From: Roseateles depolymerans
Lineage (GTDB): Bacteria > Pseudomonadota > Gammaproteobacteria > Burkholderiales > Burkholderiaceae_C
Length of the DNA: 64,000 nt
Direction of reading: 5' to 3'
Assembly (NCBI GenBank): GCA_003241055.1
Contig: QFOD01000011.1
Location: 75,771 to 139,770, forward strand
Within the stretch, counting starts at the first letter, position 1. Each line of letters opens with the position of its first letter. The position numbers and the translations under genes were made by a program. Under the pieces are notes generated by a model. That model made no database searches. It had not been told where the DNA came from and saw only the letters and a list, made by a program, of their open reading frames with translations. This document shows, in pieces, positions 10,045 through 20,083 of this stretch.

Positions 10045-11538
10045 TCAGCTGAACTTGGGCACGCGGTCGAACCAGGGCTGGGCCAGTTCCAGCTCGGTGG
10101 CCAGCTGCAACAGCAGCGCGTCCTCGCCGGGCCGCGCGACGAACTGCAGGCCCAGCGGCAGGCCGTCCGCCGTCCAGTGCAGCGGCAGCGAGATGGCGGG
10201 CGTGCCCGTCAGGTTGGCCAGCTGGGTGAAGGGCACATGCCGCAGGCTGTCGCTGGCCATCTGGTTGACCACGCCGTCCAGCCAGCCGGCACGGGCCAGC
10301 AGCGACAGCAGGCCGCTGGCGCGCAGGGCGCCCAGCGCGGCCACCTGCAGCGCGGGCGGGTCGCCCGTGCCGTGGGTCACCGGGGGCGAGGCCAGCGTGG
10401 GCGTCAGGTAGAGGTCGTAGCGCGCGTGCAGCCGGGCTAGCGCCCGGGCGTAGTCGTTCCAGCGCTGCAGCTCCGCCGTGAGGCGGCCGGCGCTGGTGGC
10501 GCGGCCCAGCGTGGCCAGCACGCGGGTCAGCGGCTCGAAGCCGGCCGCGCGCGCGCCGGCGGCCACGGCCCGGTCCACCGCCGCAGGCACCTGGCCGAAG
10601 TAGATGTGCAGATAGCTGCGCGCCAGCGCGCGGCCGTCGATGTCCGGCGCGGCGGCCTCCACCTCGTGGCCCAGGCCGCGCAGCAGCTGCACGGTGCGCT
10701 CCACGGCCAGCCGGGCCTCGTCGTGCACCGGCTCGCCAATGGGGGAATCGGCGCACCAGGCGATGCGCAGGCGCCGCAGCGGCTGGCGGCTTTGCTCAAG
10801 AAAGGACACCGGGGGGCGCGGTAACGCGATCGGATCGCCCGGCTCGGGGCCGCTCAGCAGGTCCAGCGCCAGCGCGGTGTCGCGCACGCTGCGGCTGAGC
10901 ACACCGTCGCTGCTGGCGCCGAACCACACCTCGTTCAGACCCGGCCCCACCGAGATGCGGCCGCGCGAGGGCTTGAGGCCCACCAGCCCGCAGCAGGCCG
11001 CCGGGATGCGGATGGAGCCGCCACCATCGTTGCCGGCCGCCATGGGCACCACGCCGGCCGCTACGGCCGCGGCCGCACCGCCGCTGCTGCCGCCGGGCGT
11101 GCGTGTGGCGTCCCAGGGGTTGCTGCTGCGGCCGAAGGCCTGCGGGTCGGTCACGCCCTTGAGCGCCAGTTCGGGCGTGTTGGTCTTGCCGAAGATCACC
11201 GCGCCGGCATCCAGCAGGCGGCGCACGATGTGGGCGTGTTCACGAGCGGGCGGCAGGCTGGCCAGTGCGCGGCTACCGCAGGCGGTGGGCGTGCCGGCGT
11301 AGTCGTGCACGGCGTCCTTGATGAGCATGGGCACGCCGGCCAGCGGCCCGCGCACACCGCGCGCGAGCTGTTCGCGCGCTCGGGCGGGCAAGGCCTGGCA
11401 CACCGGGTTGAGCCGGGGCTGCACCTCGGCCAGACGCTGCTCGGCCAGCGCCAGCAGGGTAGGGCCGGTCGTGCGGCCCTGGGCCACGGCCTGGGCCAGT
11501 GCGGTGGCGTCGTGTTGTCGGTATTGCTTGAAGTCCAT
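10045..11538 (-). CDS. Amidase-signature family amidase
   Basis: GVPMLIKD, GKTNTPE, TPGGSSGG, NDGGGSIRIPA. Confidence 0.92.
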   Translation of the reverse strand: MDFKQYRQHDATALAQAVAQGRTTGPTLLALAEQRLAEVQPRLNPVCQALPARAREQLARGVRGPLAGVPMLIKDAVHDYAGTPTACGSRALASLPPAREHAHIVRRLLDAGAVIFGKTNTPELALKGVTDPQAFGRSSNPWDATRTPGGSSGGAAAAVAAGVVPMAAGNDGGGSIRIPAACCGLVGLKPSRGRISVGPGLNEVWFGASSDGVLSRSVRDTALALDLLSGPEPGDPIALPRPPVSFLEQSRQPLRRLRIAWCADSPIGEPVHDEARLAVERTVQLLRGLGHEVEAAAPDIDGRALARSYLHIYFGQVPAAVDRAVAAGARAAGFEPLTRVLATLGRATSAGRLTAELQRWNDYARALARLHARYDLYLTPTLASPPVTHGTGDPPALQVAALGALRASGLLSLLARAGWLDGVVNQMASDSLRHVPFTQLANLTGTPAISLPLHWTADGLPLGLQFVARPGEDALLLQLATELELAQPWFDRVPKFS

Positions 11539-11653
11539 CGCGGTTGGTGGGCGCTGTTGTCTCGGCCGCGATTCTGGCCTGCCCGGGCATGACCGTCGGC
11601 AGGGTCATGGCCGGTCTATATATTCCGGCCCCGGTTCATCTCACCACCTGTTC

Positions 11654-12883
11654 ATGTCCACGATTTCCTCTTCGATTCGCCTCGCGCTGGGTGCGCTGCT
11701 GGGCTTGCTCGGCGCCGCGGCCCATGCGGACTTCGCCATTCCGGGCTTCGAACTCGTTCACACGGCGCCGGTGGAGGCCCGTCTGGACACGCCTGACCTG
11801 CGCGAACCTTCGCGGGTGTGGCGCGAGATGTTCGATGGCGCGCGGGAGGAAATCGCCATTGCGCAGTTCTATGTGGCCGGCCAGAGCGGCGAGGTGCTCG
11901 ACGAGCAGATCGCCGCGCTGGAGGCGGCAGCCGCACGCGGCGTGAAGATCCGCTTCCTGCTGGAGGACAAGGGGCAGCGCCTCTCGGATGCGGCCACGCT
12001 GGAGCGGCTGCGCCGCATCCCCGGCATCGACTTTCGCGTGCTGGCTTACGACAAGCTCAGCAGCGGCGGCATCATTCATGCCAAGTACTTCATCGTGGAC
12101 CGCCGCGCGGCCTTCGTGGGCAGCCAGAACTTCGACTGGCGCGCGCTCAAGCACATCCATGAAACGGGTTTGCGCATCACCGATGCGACCGTCGTGGCCG
12201 AGGTGCAGGCCATCTTCGAGCAGGACTGGCAGGCCCAGGCCCTGCTGGCGGCCGGCAAGCCGGTGACGCCGTTGCCGCAGGCCCAGGCGCCGTTTGACAT
12301 CACGCAGAAGACCTTCCTGCTCGCCAGCCCGCGGACCTGGAACCCGCCTGGCGTGGGCGACTCCGAGGAGGTGCTGCCGCGGCTGCTGGCCCAGGCGCAG
12401 AAGGAGGTGCGGGTGCAGTTGCTGGACTACGCGCCGCTGAGCTTCGCCGCCGGCCGCCGGCCCTTCTATGCGGTGATAGACAACGCGATCCGCTCGGCCG
12501 CGGCGCGCGGCGTCAAGGTCAAGCTGATGGTGTCGAACTGGAACACCGAGGAGCCCGCCATACAGCATCTCAAGAGCCTGGCGCTGCTGCCCGAGGTGGA
12601 GATCCGCATCGTCACGCTGCCGCAGGCCAGCAGCGGCTTCATCCCCTTCGCCCGCGTGATCCACAGCAAGACCATGGTCATCGACGGCGAGCTGGCCTGG
12701 GTGGGCACCAGCAACTGGAGCGGGGGCTACCTGGACAAGTCGCGCAACCTGGAGGTGGTGATGCGCGACAAGGCCATGGCCGAGCGTCTGGCGGCGCTGC
12801 ACGAGCAGACCTGGAGCTCGCCCTATGCCGCGCCCATCGACGTCAACCGGCACTACCCCAAGCCGGCCAAGGGCACGCCCTGA
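11654..12883 (+). CDS. Secreted phospholipase D-superfamily protein (PLD3/PLD4-like)
   Basis: Signal peptide ending AHA-D; two HKD motifs HAKYFIVD and HSKTMVID with GSQNFDWR and GTSNWSGGY. Confidence 0.88.
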   Translation: MSTISSSIRLALGALLGLLGAAAHADFAIPGFELVHTAPVEARLDTPDLREPSRVWREMFDGAREEIAIAQFYVAGQSGEVLDEQIAALEAAAARGVKIRFLLEDKGQRLSDAATLERLRRIPGIDFRVLAYDKLSSGGIIHAKYFIVDRRAAFVGSQNFDWRALKHIHETGLRITDATVVAEVQAIFEQDWQAQALLAAGKPVTPLPQAQAPFDITQKTFLLASPRTWNPPGVGDSEEVLPRLLAQAQKEVRVQLLDYAPLSFAAGRRPFYAVIDNAIRSAAARGVKVKLMVSNWNTEEPAIQHLKSLALLPEVEIRIVTLPQASSGFIPFARVIHSKTMVIDGELAWVGTSNWSGGYLDKSRNLEVVMRDKAMAERLAALHEQTWSSPYAAPIDVNRHYPKPAKGTP

Positions 12884-12934
12884 CCCCAGGCGAGGCGGAC
12901 GTGCGCGGCGCGGGGGGACCCGCGCCGGTTTGCC

Positions 12935-13912
12935 TTACATGAACAGGTGCTCGCCGGCGTTCTCGCCGCCCAGGATCACGTAGTTCACCTTCTTCAGGTC
13001 GGCCAGCTGGGTGCCGCCGGCGTAGGAGATGGAGCTCTGCAGGTCTTCCTGCATCTCGCGCAGCGTGTCGGCCAGCCGGCCCTTGACCGGCTCCAGGATG
13101 CGCTTGCCTTCCACGTGGCGGTACTCGCCCTTGTTGAAGTCGCTGGCCGAGCCGTAGTACTCCTTGAAGAGCTTGCCGTCGACCTCGACGGTCTTGCCGG
13201 GCGACTCCTCGTGGCCGGCGAACAGCGAGCCGATCATCACCATGGACGCGCCGAAGCGGATGCTCTTGGCGATGTCGCCGTGGTGGCGGATACCGCCGTC
13301 GGCGACGATGGGCTTGGTGGCCACGCGGGCGCACCACTTCAGCGCCGACAGCTGCCAGCCGCCGGTGCCGAAACCGGTCTTGAGCCGCGTGATGCAGACC
13401 TTGCCCGGGCCCACGCCGACCTTGGTCGCGTCGGCACCCCAGTTCTCCAGGTCGATCACGGCCTCGGGCGTGCCCACGTTGCCGGCGATCACGAAGGCCT
13501 TGGGCAGCTTGTGCTTGATGTGGGCGATCATGCGCTGCACGCTCTCGGCGTGGCCGTGCGCGATGTCGATGGTCAGGTAGTCGGCGCCCACGCCGTCGGC
13601 GGCCAGCCGGTCCACCAGCTCGTAGTCGGCCGGCTTCACGCCCACCGACAGCGACACCAGCAGCCCCTTGGCGCGCATGCTGCGGGCATAGGCCAGGCTG
13701 TCCAGGTCGAAGCGGTGCATCACGTAGAAGTAGCCGTCGCGGGCCAGCTGTTCGGTGATGGTTTCATCCACCACGGTCTTCATGTTGGCCGGCATCACCG
13801 GCAGCTTGAAGCGGTGGGGGCCGAACTGCACGGAGGTGTCGCAGTCGGCGCGGCTGTCCACGCGGCACTTGCGCGGCAGCAGCAGGATGTTGTCGTAGTC
13901 GAAGATTTCCAT
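12935..13912 (-). CDS. guaC: GMP reductase
   Basis: [47 protein letters not shown]. Confidence 0.95.
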   Translation of the reverse strand: MEIFDYDNILLLPRKCRVDSRADCDTSVQFGPHRFKLPVMPANMKTVVDETITEQLARDGYFYVMHRFDLDSLAYARSMRAKGLLVSLSVGVKPADYELVDRLAADGVGADYLTIDIAHGHAESVQRMIAHIKHKLPKAFVIAGNVGTPEAVIDLENWGADATKVGVGPGKVCITRLKTGFGTGGWQLSALKWCARVATKPIVADGGIRHHGDIAKSIRFGASMVMIGSLFAGHEESPGKTVEVDGKLFKEYYGSASDFNKGEYRHVEGKRILEPVKGRLADTLREMQEDLQSSISYAGGTQLADLKKVNYVILGGENAGEHLFM

Positions 13913-14013
13913 GGTTCAAGTTCGCATGTGTCGGTGCGCGTTGAGGCAGTGCGCGACCTCGGCTGCGAGCGCTTGACTTGGCTCTTCCGGCCCTTGCCCG
14001 GCGTGTTGCGGGC

Positions 14014-14046
14014 AAAAAAAACCGGACGCCAAAATTTGGGCCCGGT
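14014..14046 (-). terminator. Intrinsic terminator in the guaC 5' leader (putative attenuator)
   Basis: Minus strand ACCGGGCCCAAATTTTGGCGTCCGG followed by T8. Confidence 0.75.
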
Positions 14047-14051
14047 GATTG

Positions 14052-14057
14052 ATTCTA
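14052..14057 (-). promoter_or_regulatory. Sigma70 -10 element of guaC
   Basis: TAGAAT; the same CGTAGAATCAAT 12-mer occurs upstream of the antitoxin gene (26670-26681); -35 is weak. Confidence 0.6.
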
Positions 14058-14088
14058 CGCGTTTCGAGGGGTGTGCCAGGGATATCCC

Positions 14089-15399
14089 TTAGTGCCCGAA
14101 GAAGCGGCGGTGTATGCGCCGGGTGGTCCACCACACGCCGGCCAGCACCAGGGGCACGGCCAGGCCGGTGGCCAGCTCGGGGCTGATGGGCAGCCAGCCC
14201 TCGGTCTTCAGCGCCTTGAGCCCGTAGGCCACGAGGCTGACCACGTAGTAGGTAATGGCCGCCAGCGACAGCCCTTCCACGGTGGCCTGCATGCGCAGCT
14301 GGGTCTGCTGGCCCTCGCCGAGCTGGCTCAGCAGCTGCTGGTTCTGCGCCTCGGTGGCGATGTCCACGCGGGTGCGCAGCAGGGCGCTGATGCGCCCGAT
14401 CCGCTCCGACAGGCCCGACAGCCGGCCCGCCGCGGCCGACACGGTGGCGATCGCGGGTGACAGCCGGCGCTGCATGAACTCGCCCAGCGTCTGCACGCCG
14501 GGCAGCTTGCCCTCGTGCAGCTCGGCAATGCGGCGCTCCACGATGGCGTGATAGGCCTCGGTGGCGCTGAAGCGGTACTGGTGCTCGGCCGTGGCGTGCT
14601 CCACCTGGGCTGCGGTGGCGATCAGCGCGTCCAGCAGGGCCGATTCGGACACGTTGCGCCGCTCCAGGCCTTCCGTGATCTCGGCGAGCTGCGTCTCGGC
14701 GCGGGAGAGCATGGGGGTCAGGGCTTTCGCGACGGGCAGGCCGCGCAAGGCCATCAGCCGGTAGGTCTCCAGCTCCAGCAGCCGCTGGCAGACACGCCCG
14801 GCGCGCGACGGCGGCATGCCGGGTTCGGCGATGACGACGACATGCTCGAAGCCCGTGCCGCGCAGCTGGAAGTCCGCCAGCACCAGCGAGTGCCAGCCGC
14901 CCATCGTGGAGGCGAACACGGCGTCGTCATCGAACCAGGCGCTGCCCTCGCGGTAGGCATGGGCCGGGCTGTCCATGGTGCGCTCCAGCATCAGCACCTT
15001 CATGGCGGCCACGGTGCGGCCCGGGATCCGGCTCAGCCACTCGGCGCTGACCTCGGGCTGCAGGGCGTCCAGCGTCGCGGCCGAGGGCAGCGTGCCGGCC
15101 GGCAGCGGCTGCACGATGGAATAGCGGGTGAACTCGCTGTGACGTTCCCACTTCAGCGAGAAGCCGTCGAAGCGCAGGCGCAGGAAGTTGCCGGACAGCT
15201 CATCCAACGCCAGGTGCTGCTGGCCGGGGAGGGCGCTGAGATGGGCATGCTCCTGCGCGCGGCTGATGCCCTCGTTGAGCACCGCCACATAGGTGACGAG
15301 GGCGGGCAGGGCGATGCGCGCCGACGGTCGGGCATGCACTTCGTTGTGCAGCACCAGGCGAAGTTCGTCGTTCTGCGGAAGCAGCAAGGCTTGGCTCAT
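14089..15399 (-). CDS. DUF3422 family membrane-anchored protein
   Basis: LHNEVHARP, WERHSEF, QRLLELETYR, TVEGLSLAAITYY plus two C-terminal TM helices. Confidence 0.85.
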   Translation of the reverse strand: MSQALLLPQNDELRLVLHNEVHARPSARIALPALVTYVAVLNEGISRAQEHAHLSALPGQQHLALDELSGNFLRLRFDGFSLKWERHSEFTRYSIVQPLPAGTLPSAATLDALQPEVSAEWLSRIPGRTVAAMKVLMLERTMDSPAHAYREGSAWFDDDAVFASTMGGWHSLVLADFQLRGTGFEHVVVIAEPGMPPSRAGRVCQRLLELETYRLMALRGLPVAKALTPMLSRAETQLAEITEGLERRNVSESALLDALIATAAQVEHATAEHQYRFSATEAYHAIVERRIAELHEGKLPGVQTLGEFMQRRLSPAIATVSAAAGRLSGLSERIGRISALLRTRVDIATEAQNQQLLSQLGEGQQTQLRMQATVEGLSLAAITYYVVSLVAYGLKALKTEGWLPISPELATGLAVPLVLAGVWWTTRRIHRRFFGH

Positions 15400-15479
15400 G
15401 TCGGGCGCAAAGATCGGGGTGGCATGAATCCCTAAAATTGTGGCCCCATTCCAGGGCCTCCTCGGGCGGCCAGAACATC

Positions 15480-16613
15480 ATGCAAACAGCATTCCCGGCA
15501 GTCGTCATCAGTGGCACCGGCCTGTATCGGCCGCCGCACGTCATCACCAATGCCGAGCTGGTGGAGGCGTTCAACCGCTACGCCGATCAGCAGAACACCG
15601 CGCATGCCGACGCGATCGCCAGCGGCGAACGCCAGCCCGTGCCGCACTCGAGCGTGGAGTTCATCGAGAAGGCGTCCGGCATCAAGCAGCGCTACGTCAT
15701 CGAGAAGGACGGCGTGCTGGACCCGGCGCGCATGTATCCGCGCTTCACGCCGCGTGCCGACGACGAACTGTCGCTGATGGCCGAGATCGCGGTGGACGCG
15801 GCGAAGCAGGCCCTGGCCCAGGCCGGCAAGACCGGCGCCGATGTCGACGCCGTGCTGTGCGCCAGCGCGAACATGCAGCGCGCCTACCCGGCGATGGCCA
15901 TCGAAATCCAGCAGGCGCTGGGCGCGGGTGGTTACGGCTTTGACATGAACGTGGCCTGTTCGTCAGCCACCTTTGCACTGGAACAGGCGGTCAATGCGGT
16001 GCGCACCGGTTCGGCGCGCTGCGTGCTGGTGGTGAACCCCGAGATCACATCGGCCCACCTGGCCTGGAATGACCGGGACTGCCACTTCATCTTCGGCGAC
16101 GTCTGCACGGCGCTGGTCGTGGAGCGTGCCGAGACCGCCACGGGGGCCGACCAGTGGGAGGTGCTGGGCACCAAGCTGATCACCCAGTTCAGCAACAACA
16201 TCCGCAACAACTTCGGGTTCATGACCCGCGCGGAAGACCGTGATCCGGCCGCCCGCGACCTGACCTTCTATCAGGAGGGCCGCAAGGTCTTCAAGGAAGT
16301 CGTGCCTATGGCCGCCGCGCACATCGAGGCCCATCTGGCCGGCCTGAAGCTGGAGCCTACGCAGATGCGCCGCTTCTGGCTGCACCAGGCCAACCAGGGC
16401 ATGAACCAGCTGGTCATCAAGAAGCTGGTGGGGGCGGACGCGGGCGACGAGGTCGCGCCGCTGATCCTGAACGAGTACGCGAACACCGCGTCGGCCGGCT
16501 CCATCATTGCCTTCCACCAGCACCGGGCCGACCTCAAGGCGGGCGATGCCGGCGTGATCTGCTCCTTCGGTGCTGGCTATTCGATCGGCAGTGTGGTGGT
16601 GAAGAAGCGCTGA
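15480..16613 (+). CDS. Beta-ketoacyl-ACP synthase III (FabH-like)
   Basis: Cys-His-Asn triad: [26 protein letters not shown]. Confidence 0.92.
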   Translation: MQTAFPAVVISGTGLYRPPHVITNAELVEAFNRYADQQNTAHADAIASGERQPVPHSSVEFIEKASGIKQRYVIEKDGVLDPARMYPRFTPRADDELSLMAEIAVDAAKQALAQAGKTGADVDAVLCASANMQRAYPAMAIEIQQALGAGGYGFDMNVACSSATFALEQAVNAVRTGSARCVLVVNPEITSAHLAWNDRDCHFIFGDVCTALVVERAETATGADQWEVLGTKLITQFSNNIRNNFGFMTRAEDRDPAARDLTFYQEGRKVFKEVVPMAAAHIEAHLAGLKLEPTQMRRFWLHQANQGMNQLVIKKLVGADAGDEVAPLILNEYANTASAGSIIAFHQHRADLKAGDAGVICSFGAGYSIGSVVVKKR

Positions 16614-16646
16614 CGGCCTGCCCTCAAAGGGGAGAGGCTCGCGCGT

Positions 16647-17414
16647 TCAGAAGCGCAACGACAGCCCGACGGTGCCGCTCCAGTCGGGCGTGTTGCGGTT
16701 CAGCCCGCGGGTCAGCGCCACGTCCAGCTGGGCATTGCGGCTGAGCAGCCAGGCCAGCCCGGTGCCGGCCGTCAGCACCTTGCCGCCGTTGCGTGAGGAC
16801 GCCAGCTGTTCGGCGGCCAGCTCGACGAAGGTGCGCAGGGTCTCGTTCAGCGGGATGGCCAGGCTGGCCGAGGCCAGTGCGGCGGTGTAGCGCTGATCGT
16901 CCGCGTTGCGGTCGGTCAGCACCCCGCCCATGGCGCCCAGCGACAGCCCCGCGGGCAGCTCCCATTCGGCGGCGATGCGCACCGAAGGGCGCAGCCCGTG
17001 GCCCTTGAAGTCGCCGCTGCCGCTGGGGGTGTCCACATGGAAGAGCCAGGCCAGCGTCGGCCGCCCGTCGCCCCCTTCGCTGAATTGCCACTTCACGCCC
17101 AGCGAGGCATCGCCGCGACCGCTGCTGCTGGGCTGGCTGGTGCCGGTCTGGCGCAGGGCGCCCTCTGTTTCCAGCCGCAGCTCGAGGTCATGCCCGACGC
17201 CCAGACGCAACAGGGTGGGCGTGCTGCGCAGACGGGTGGTTTGGCCGCCGGACTTCTGCTTTTGCCAGGCGCCGCTGGTTTCCAACTGGAAACGGCCGGC
17301 ATCCAGCACCTCGGGGGACTCGGTGAAGTCCGGTCTATCGGTAGAGATCGCGTCCTCGGCGAGCGTGGGGCCCGCGAGGCCGAACAACATCAGGGACAGG
17401 GCCAGCTTCTGCAT
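16647..17414 (-). CDS. Outer-membrane beta-barrel transporter (MetA-pathway of phenol degradation family)
   Basis: Signal peptide, ISTDRPDFTES, amphipathic strands, C-terminal Phe. Confidence 0.8.
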   Translation of the reverse strand: MQKLALSLMLFGLAGPTLAEDAISTDRPDFTESPEVLDAGRFQLETSGAWQKQKSGGQTTRLRSTPTLLRLGVGHDLELRLETEGALRQTGTSQPSSSGRGDASLGVKWQFSEGGDGRPTLAWLFHVDTPSGSGDFKGHGLRPSVRIAAEWELPAGLSLGAMGGVLTDRNADDQRYTAALASASLAIPLNETLRTFVELAAEQLASSRNGGKVLTAGTGLAWLLSRNAQLDVALTRGLNRNTPDWSGTVGLSLRF

Positions 17415-17473
17415 CGTCGTCTCCCATGTGCCCGAACGGCGGGGCTGACTATAGGGTGCGCTATCGTGCCGGC

Positions 17474-18907
17474 ATGAGCGAGATGAGTTTTTTCTGGCAC
17501 GACTACGAGACTTTTGGCCGCGTGCCGCGCCGCGACCGGCCGGCGCAGTTCGCTGGCGTGCGCACCGATGCGGAGCTGAACGAGATCGGTGAGCCGCTGA
17601 TGGTGTATTGCCAGCCGGCACCCGACTACCTGCCGGATCCGGAATCCTGTCTGCTGACCGGCATCCTGCCGCAGCACTGCCAGCAGCGCGGCGTGCCCGA
17701 GCACGAGTTCGCGGCCGCCATCGAGGCGGCGCTGGCCGAACCCGGCACGGTGGGCGTGGGCTACAACAGCATCCGCTTCGACGACGAGGTCACGCGCTTC
17801 CTGTTCTGGCGCAATCTCATCGACCCCTATGCCCGCGAATGGCAGAACGGCTGCGGCCGCTGGGATCTGCTGGACGTCGTGCGCTGCGCCTACGCACTGC
17901 GCCCTGAGGGGCTGGCATGGCCCAAGCATGAAGACGGCCGCCCCAGCTTCAAGCTGGAGCACCTGACCGCCGCCAACGGCCTGGCCCACGAGGCGGCGCA
18001 CGATGCGCTGTCCGACGTGCGCGCCACCGTCGCCCTGGCGCGCAAGCTGCGCCAGGCCGTGCCGCGGCTGTGGGACTTCTGCCTGAAGCTGCGCAGCAAG
18101 CAGGCCGTGTGGGATGAGATCGGCGTGGGACGGCCCTTCTTCCACATCTCCGGCATGTACGGCCCCGAGCGCGGCTGCATCGCACTGGTGTGGCCGCTGG
18201 CGCCGCACCCGACCAACAAGAACGAACTGGTGGTATGGGACTGCTCGGTCGCGCCGGACGAGCTGCTGACGCTGAATGCCGCCGACATCCGCGCGCGCAT
18301 GTTCACCAAGCAGGAGGAACTGCCCGAGGGCGTCACGCGGCTGCCGATCAAGACCATCCACGTCAACAAGTCGCCTATCGTGATCAGCAACCTCAAGGTG
18401 CTGACTCCCGAGATGGCCGAGCGCTGGGGCCTGGATCTGCAGGCCCAGCTGGCCCATGCCCACGCATTGGCCGAGCGCGGCCGGCTGTTGGACGGCCTGT
18501 GGGGGGAGGTGTTCCAGCGCGAGCCCTTTGCCGCAGTCGATGTCGACGAAGACCTCTACGGTGGCTTCATCGGCAACGAGGATCGCCGGGCCTTGCTGCG
18601 GGTGCGTGGCCTGTCGCCCGAGCAATTGGCCGAACGGGCCAGCCAGGGCAAGCTGAGCTTCCAGGATGGGCGGCTGGACGAGCTGGTGTTTCGCTGGCGC
18701 GCGCGCAACTTCCCCGCGAGCCTGTCGCCCGAGGAGGCCCAACGCTGGCAGGCCCACTGCGGTGCGCGCCTGCACGAGGGTGAGGGCGGCGCGCAGACGC
18801 TCGCGGCCTTCATGGAACGCATCGATCAGCTGGGTGAAACCGCCGACGAGCGTGGCGAGGAGATTCTGGCCGCGCTGTATGACTACGCCGAGCAGATCGC
18901 CCCGTGA
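17474..18907 (+). CDS. sbcB: Exodeoxyribonuclease I
   Basis: WHDYETFG, DRPAQFAGVRTD, GYNSIRFDDE, AHDALSDVRAT. Confidence 0.96.
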   Translation: MSEMSFFWHDYETFGRVPRRDRPAQFAGVRTDAELNEIGEPLMVYCQPAPDYLPDPESCLLTGILPQHCQQRGVPEHEFAAAIEAALAEPGTVGVGYNSIRFDDEVTRFLFWRNLIDPYAREWQNGCGRWDLLDVVRCAYALRPEGLAWPKHEDGRPSFKLEHLTAANGLAHEAAHDALSDVRATVALARKLRQAVPRLWDFCLKLRSKQAVWDEIGVGRPFFHISGMYGPERGCIALVWPLAPHPTNKNELVVWDCSVAPDELLTLNAADIRARMFTKQEELPEGVTRLPIKTIHVNKSPIVISNLKVLTPEMAERWGLDLQAQLAHAHALAERGRLLDGLWGEVFQREPFAAVDVDEDLYGGFIGNEDRRALLRVRGLSPEQLAERASQGKLSFQDGRLDELVFRWRARNFPASLSPEEAQRWQAHCGARLHEGEGGAQTLAAFMERIDQLGETADERGEEILAALYDYAEQIAP

Positions 18908-19013
18908 GTGGCCGGCCTTGCCGGGGTTTTCGGGCTCCGGCGAACCGGCATGGTTTTCGTCGCGCAGTCCTGCGATCATCGGGGCTGATGAGTCCAGATC
19001 CTGAGGAGACGTC

Positions 19014-19949
19014 ATGAGTGCATCCACCCTTTCTGCCCCCGCCGACGACGCCGTGGCGGCACGGATGAGGGCGTTGCTGGTGCGAGCCCCGGTCGCCGTG
19101 GCTTTCGTGAGCCAGCAGCGCTTCGAGGTGGTCAGCGAGCAGTTCAATCACCTGTTCGGCCACGGCGACGAGACGGATCTGGCGGGGCAGTCCACGCGTG
19201 TGGTGCACACCAACGACCTGGCGCACTCCGGCCTGGCCGAGCGTTGCACTGCGGCGTTCGTGGCGGGACGGCCGCTGGATGAGGAGATCGAGTACGTGCG
19301 CGCGGACGGCCACCGGTTCTGGGGTCGCCTGCAGGCCACGCCGCTGCACTGGGAGCAGCCCCAGGGCGAGGCGCTCTGGATCGTCGAGGACGTCACCGCG
19401 GCGCGCGCGCTGCGCCTGCAGCCCACCTGGACGGCCAAGCACGACGGGGTCACCGAGCTGGCCAATCGCCGCGAGTTCGAGCGCCGCCTGTCGGAGCATG
19501 TCGGCAGCCGCCGCAGCGAGCCGGTGTCGGTGCTGTGGCTGGACGTGGACAGGTTTAGCGACGTGGTCAAGGAGATGGGCGCCGAGGTGGGCGACCATTT
19601 CCTCTACGGCCTGGGTCAGATGCTGATCGGCAAGGTTCGCGCGTCAGACCTGGTGTCGCGGCTGGAGGATGACCATTTCGCCTTCCTGCTGCCGGATTGC
19701 GATCAGCACTATGCGCAGATCATTGCCGAGAAGCTGCGCTCCGCCGTGGCCAGCTACCGGCTGCGTTGGGGCCTGCACCGCACCCGCGTGAAGGCCAGCC
19801 TGGGTGTCGTGCAGGTGCAACCCACGCTCACCAGCGTGGATGCGGTGCTCGGTGCGGCGGCGCTGGCCTGCACCGAGGCCAAGGCTGCGGGCGGCGACAG
19901 CGTGCGGGTGTTCGTGTCGGCAGGCGGCTACGAGGAACTGGCGGGCTGA
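19014..19949 (+). CDS. PAS-GGDEF protein with degenerate active site
   Basis: PAS/PAC followed by HDGVTELANRR, DVDRF, RASDLVSRLEDDHF. Confidence 0.85.
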   Translation: MSASTLSAPADDAVAARMRALLVRAPVAVAFVSQQRFEVVSEQFNHLFGHGDETDLAGQSTRVVHTNDLAHSGLAERCTAAFVAGRPLDEEIEYVRADGHRFWGRLQATPLHWEQPQGEALWIVEDVTAARALRLQPTWTAKHDGVTELANRREFERRLSEHVGSRRSEPVSVLWLDVDRFSDVVKEMGAEVGDHFLYGLGQMLIGKVRASDLVSRLEDDHFAFLLPDCDQHYAQIIAEKLRSAVASYRLRWGLHRTRVKASLGVVQVQPTLTSVDAVLGAAALACTEAKAAGGDSVRVFVSAGGYEELAG

Positions 19950-20083
19950 GCACGGCATCTGCCGGGCTCCGTGGCGGAATGCGCAGATTGGGTGGGCCTC
20001 AAAGCGTGAAATGCACCATGAATCGCGCTTTGTTCTACAGTTCGCCACTGCCCGCCCTTTGGGCGTGACCACTGACCACCGCC

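Noticed and set aside
13913..14060. Classical purine riboswitch upstream of guaC
   Set aside because: No purine-aptamer three-way-junction consensus is visible and there is no room for an aptamer between the -10 and the terminator
18965..18995. Possible sigma28 promoter (GCTGATGA) upstream of the PAS-GGDEF gene
   Set aside because: Poor match to consensus and no convincing -35
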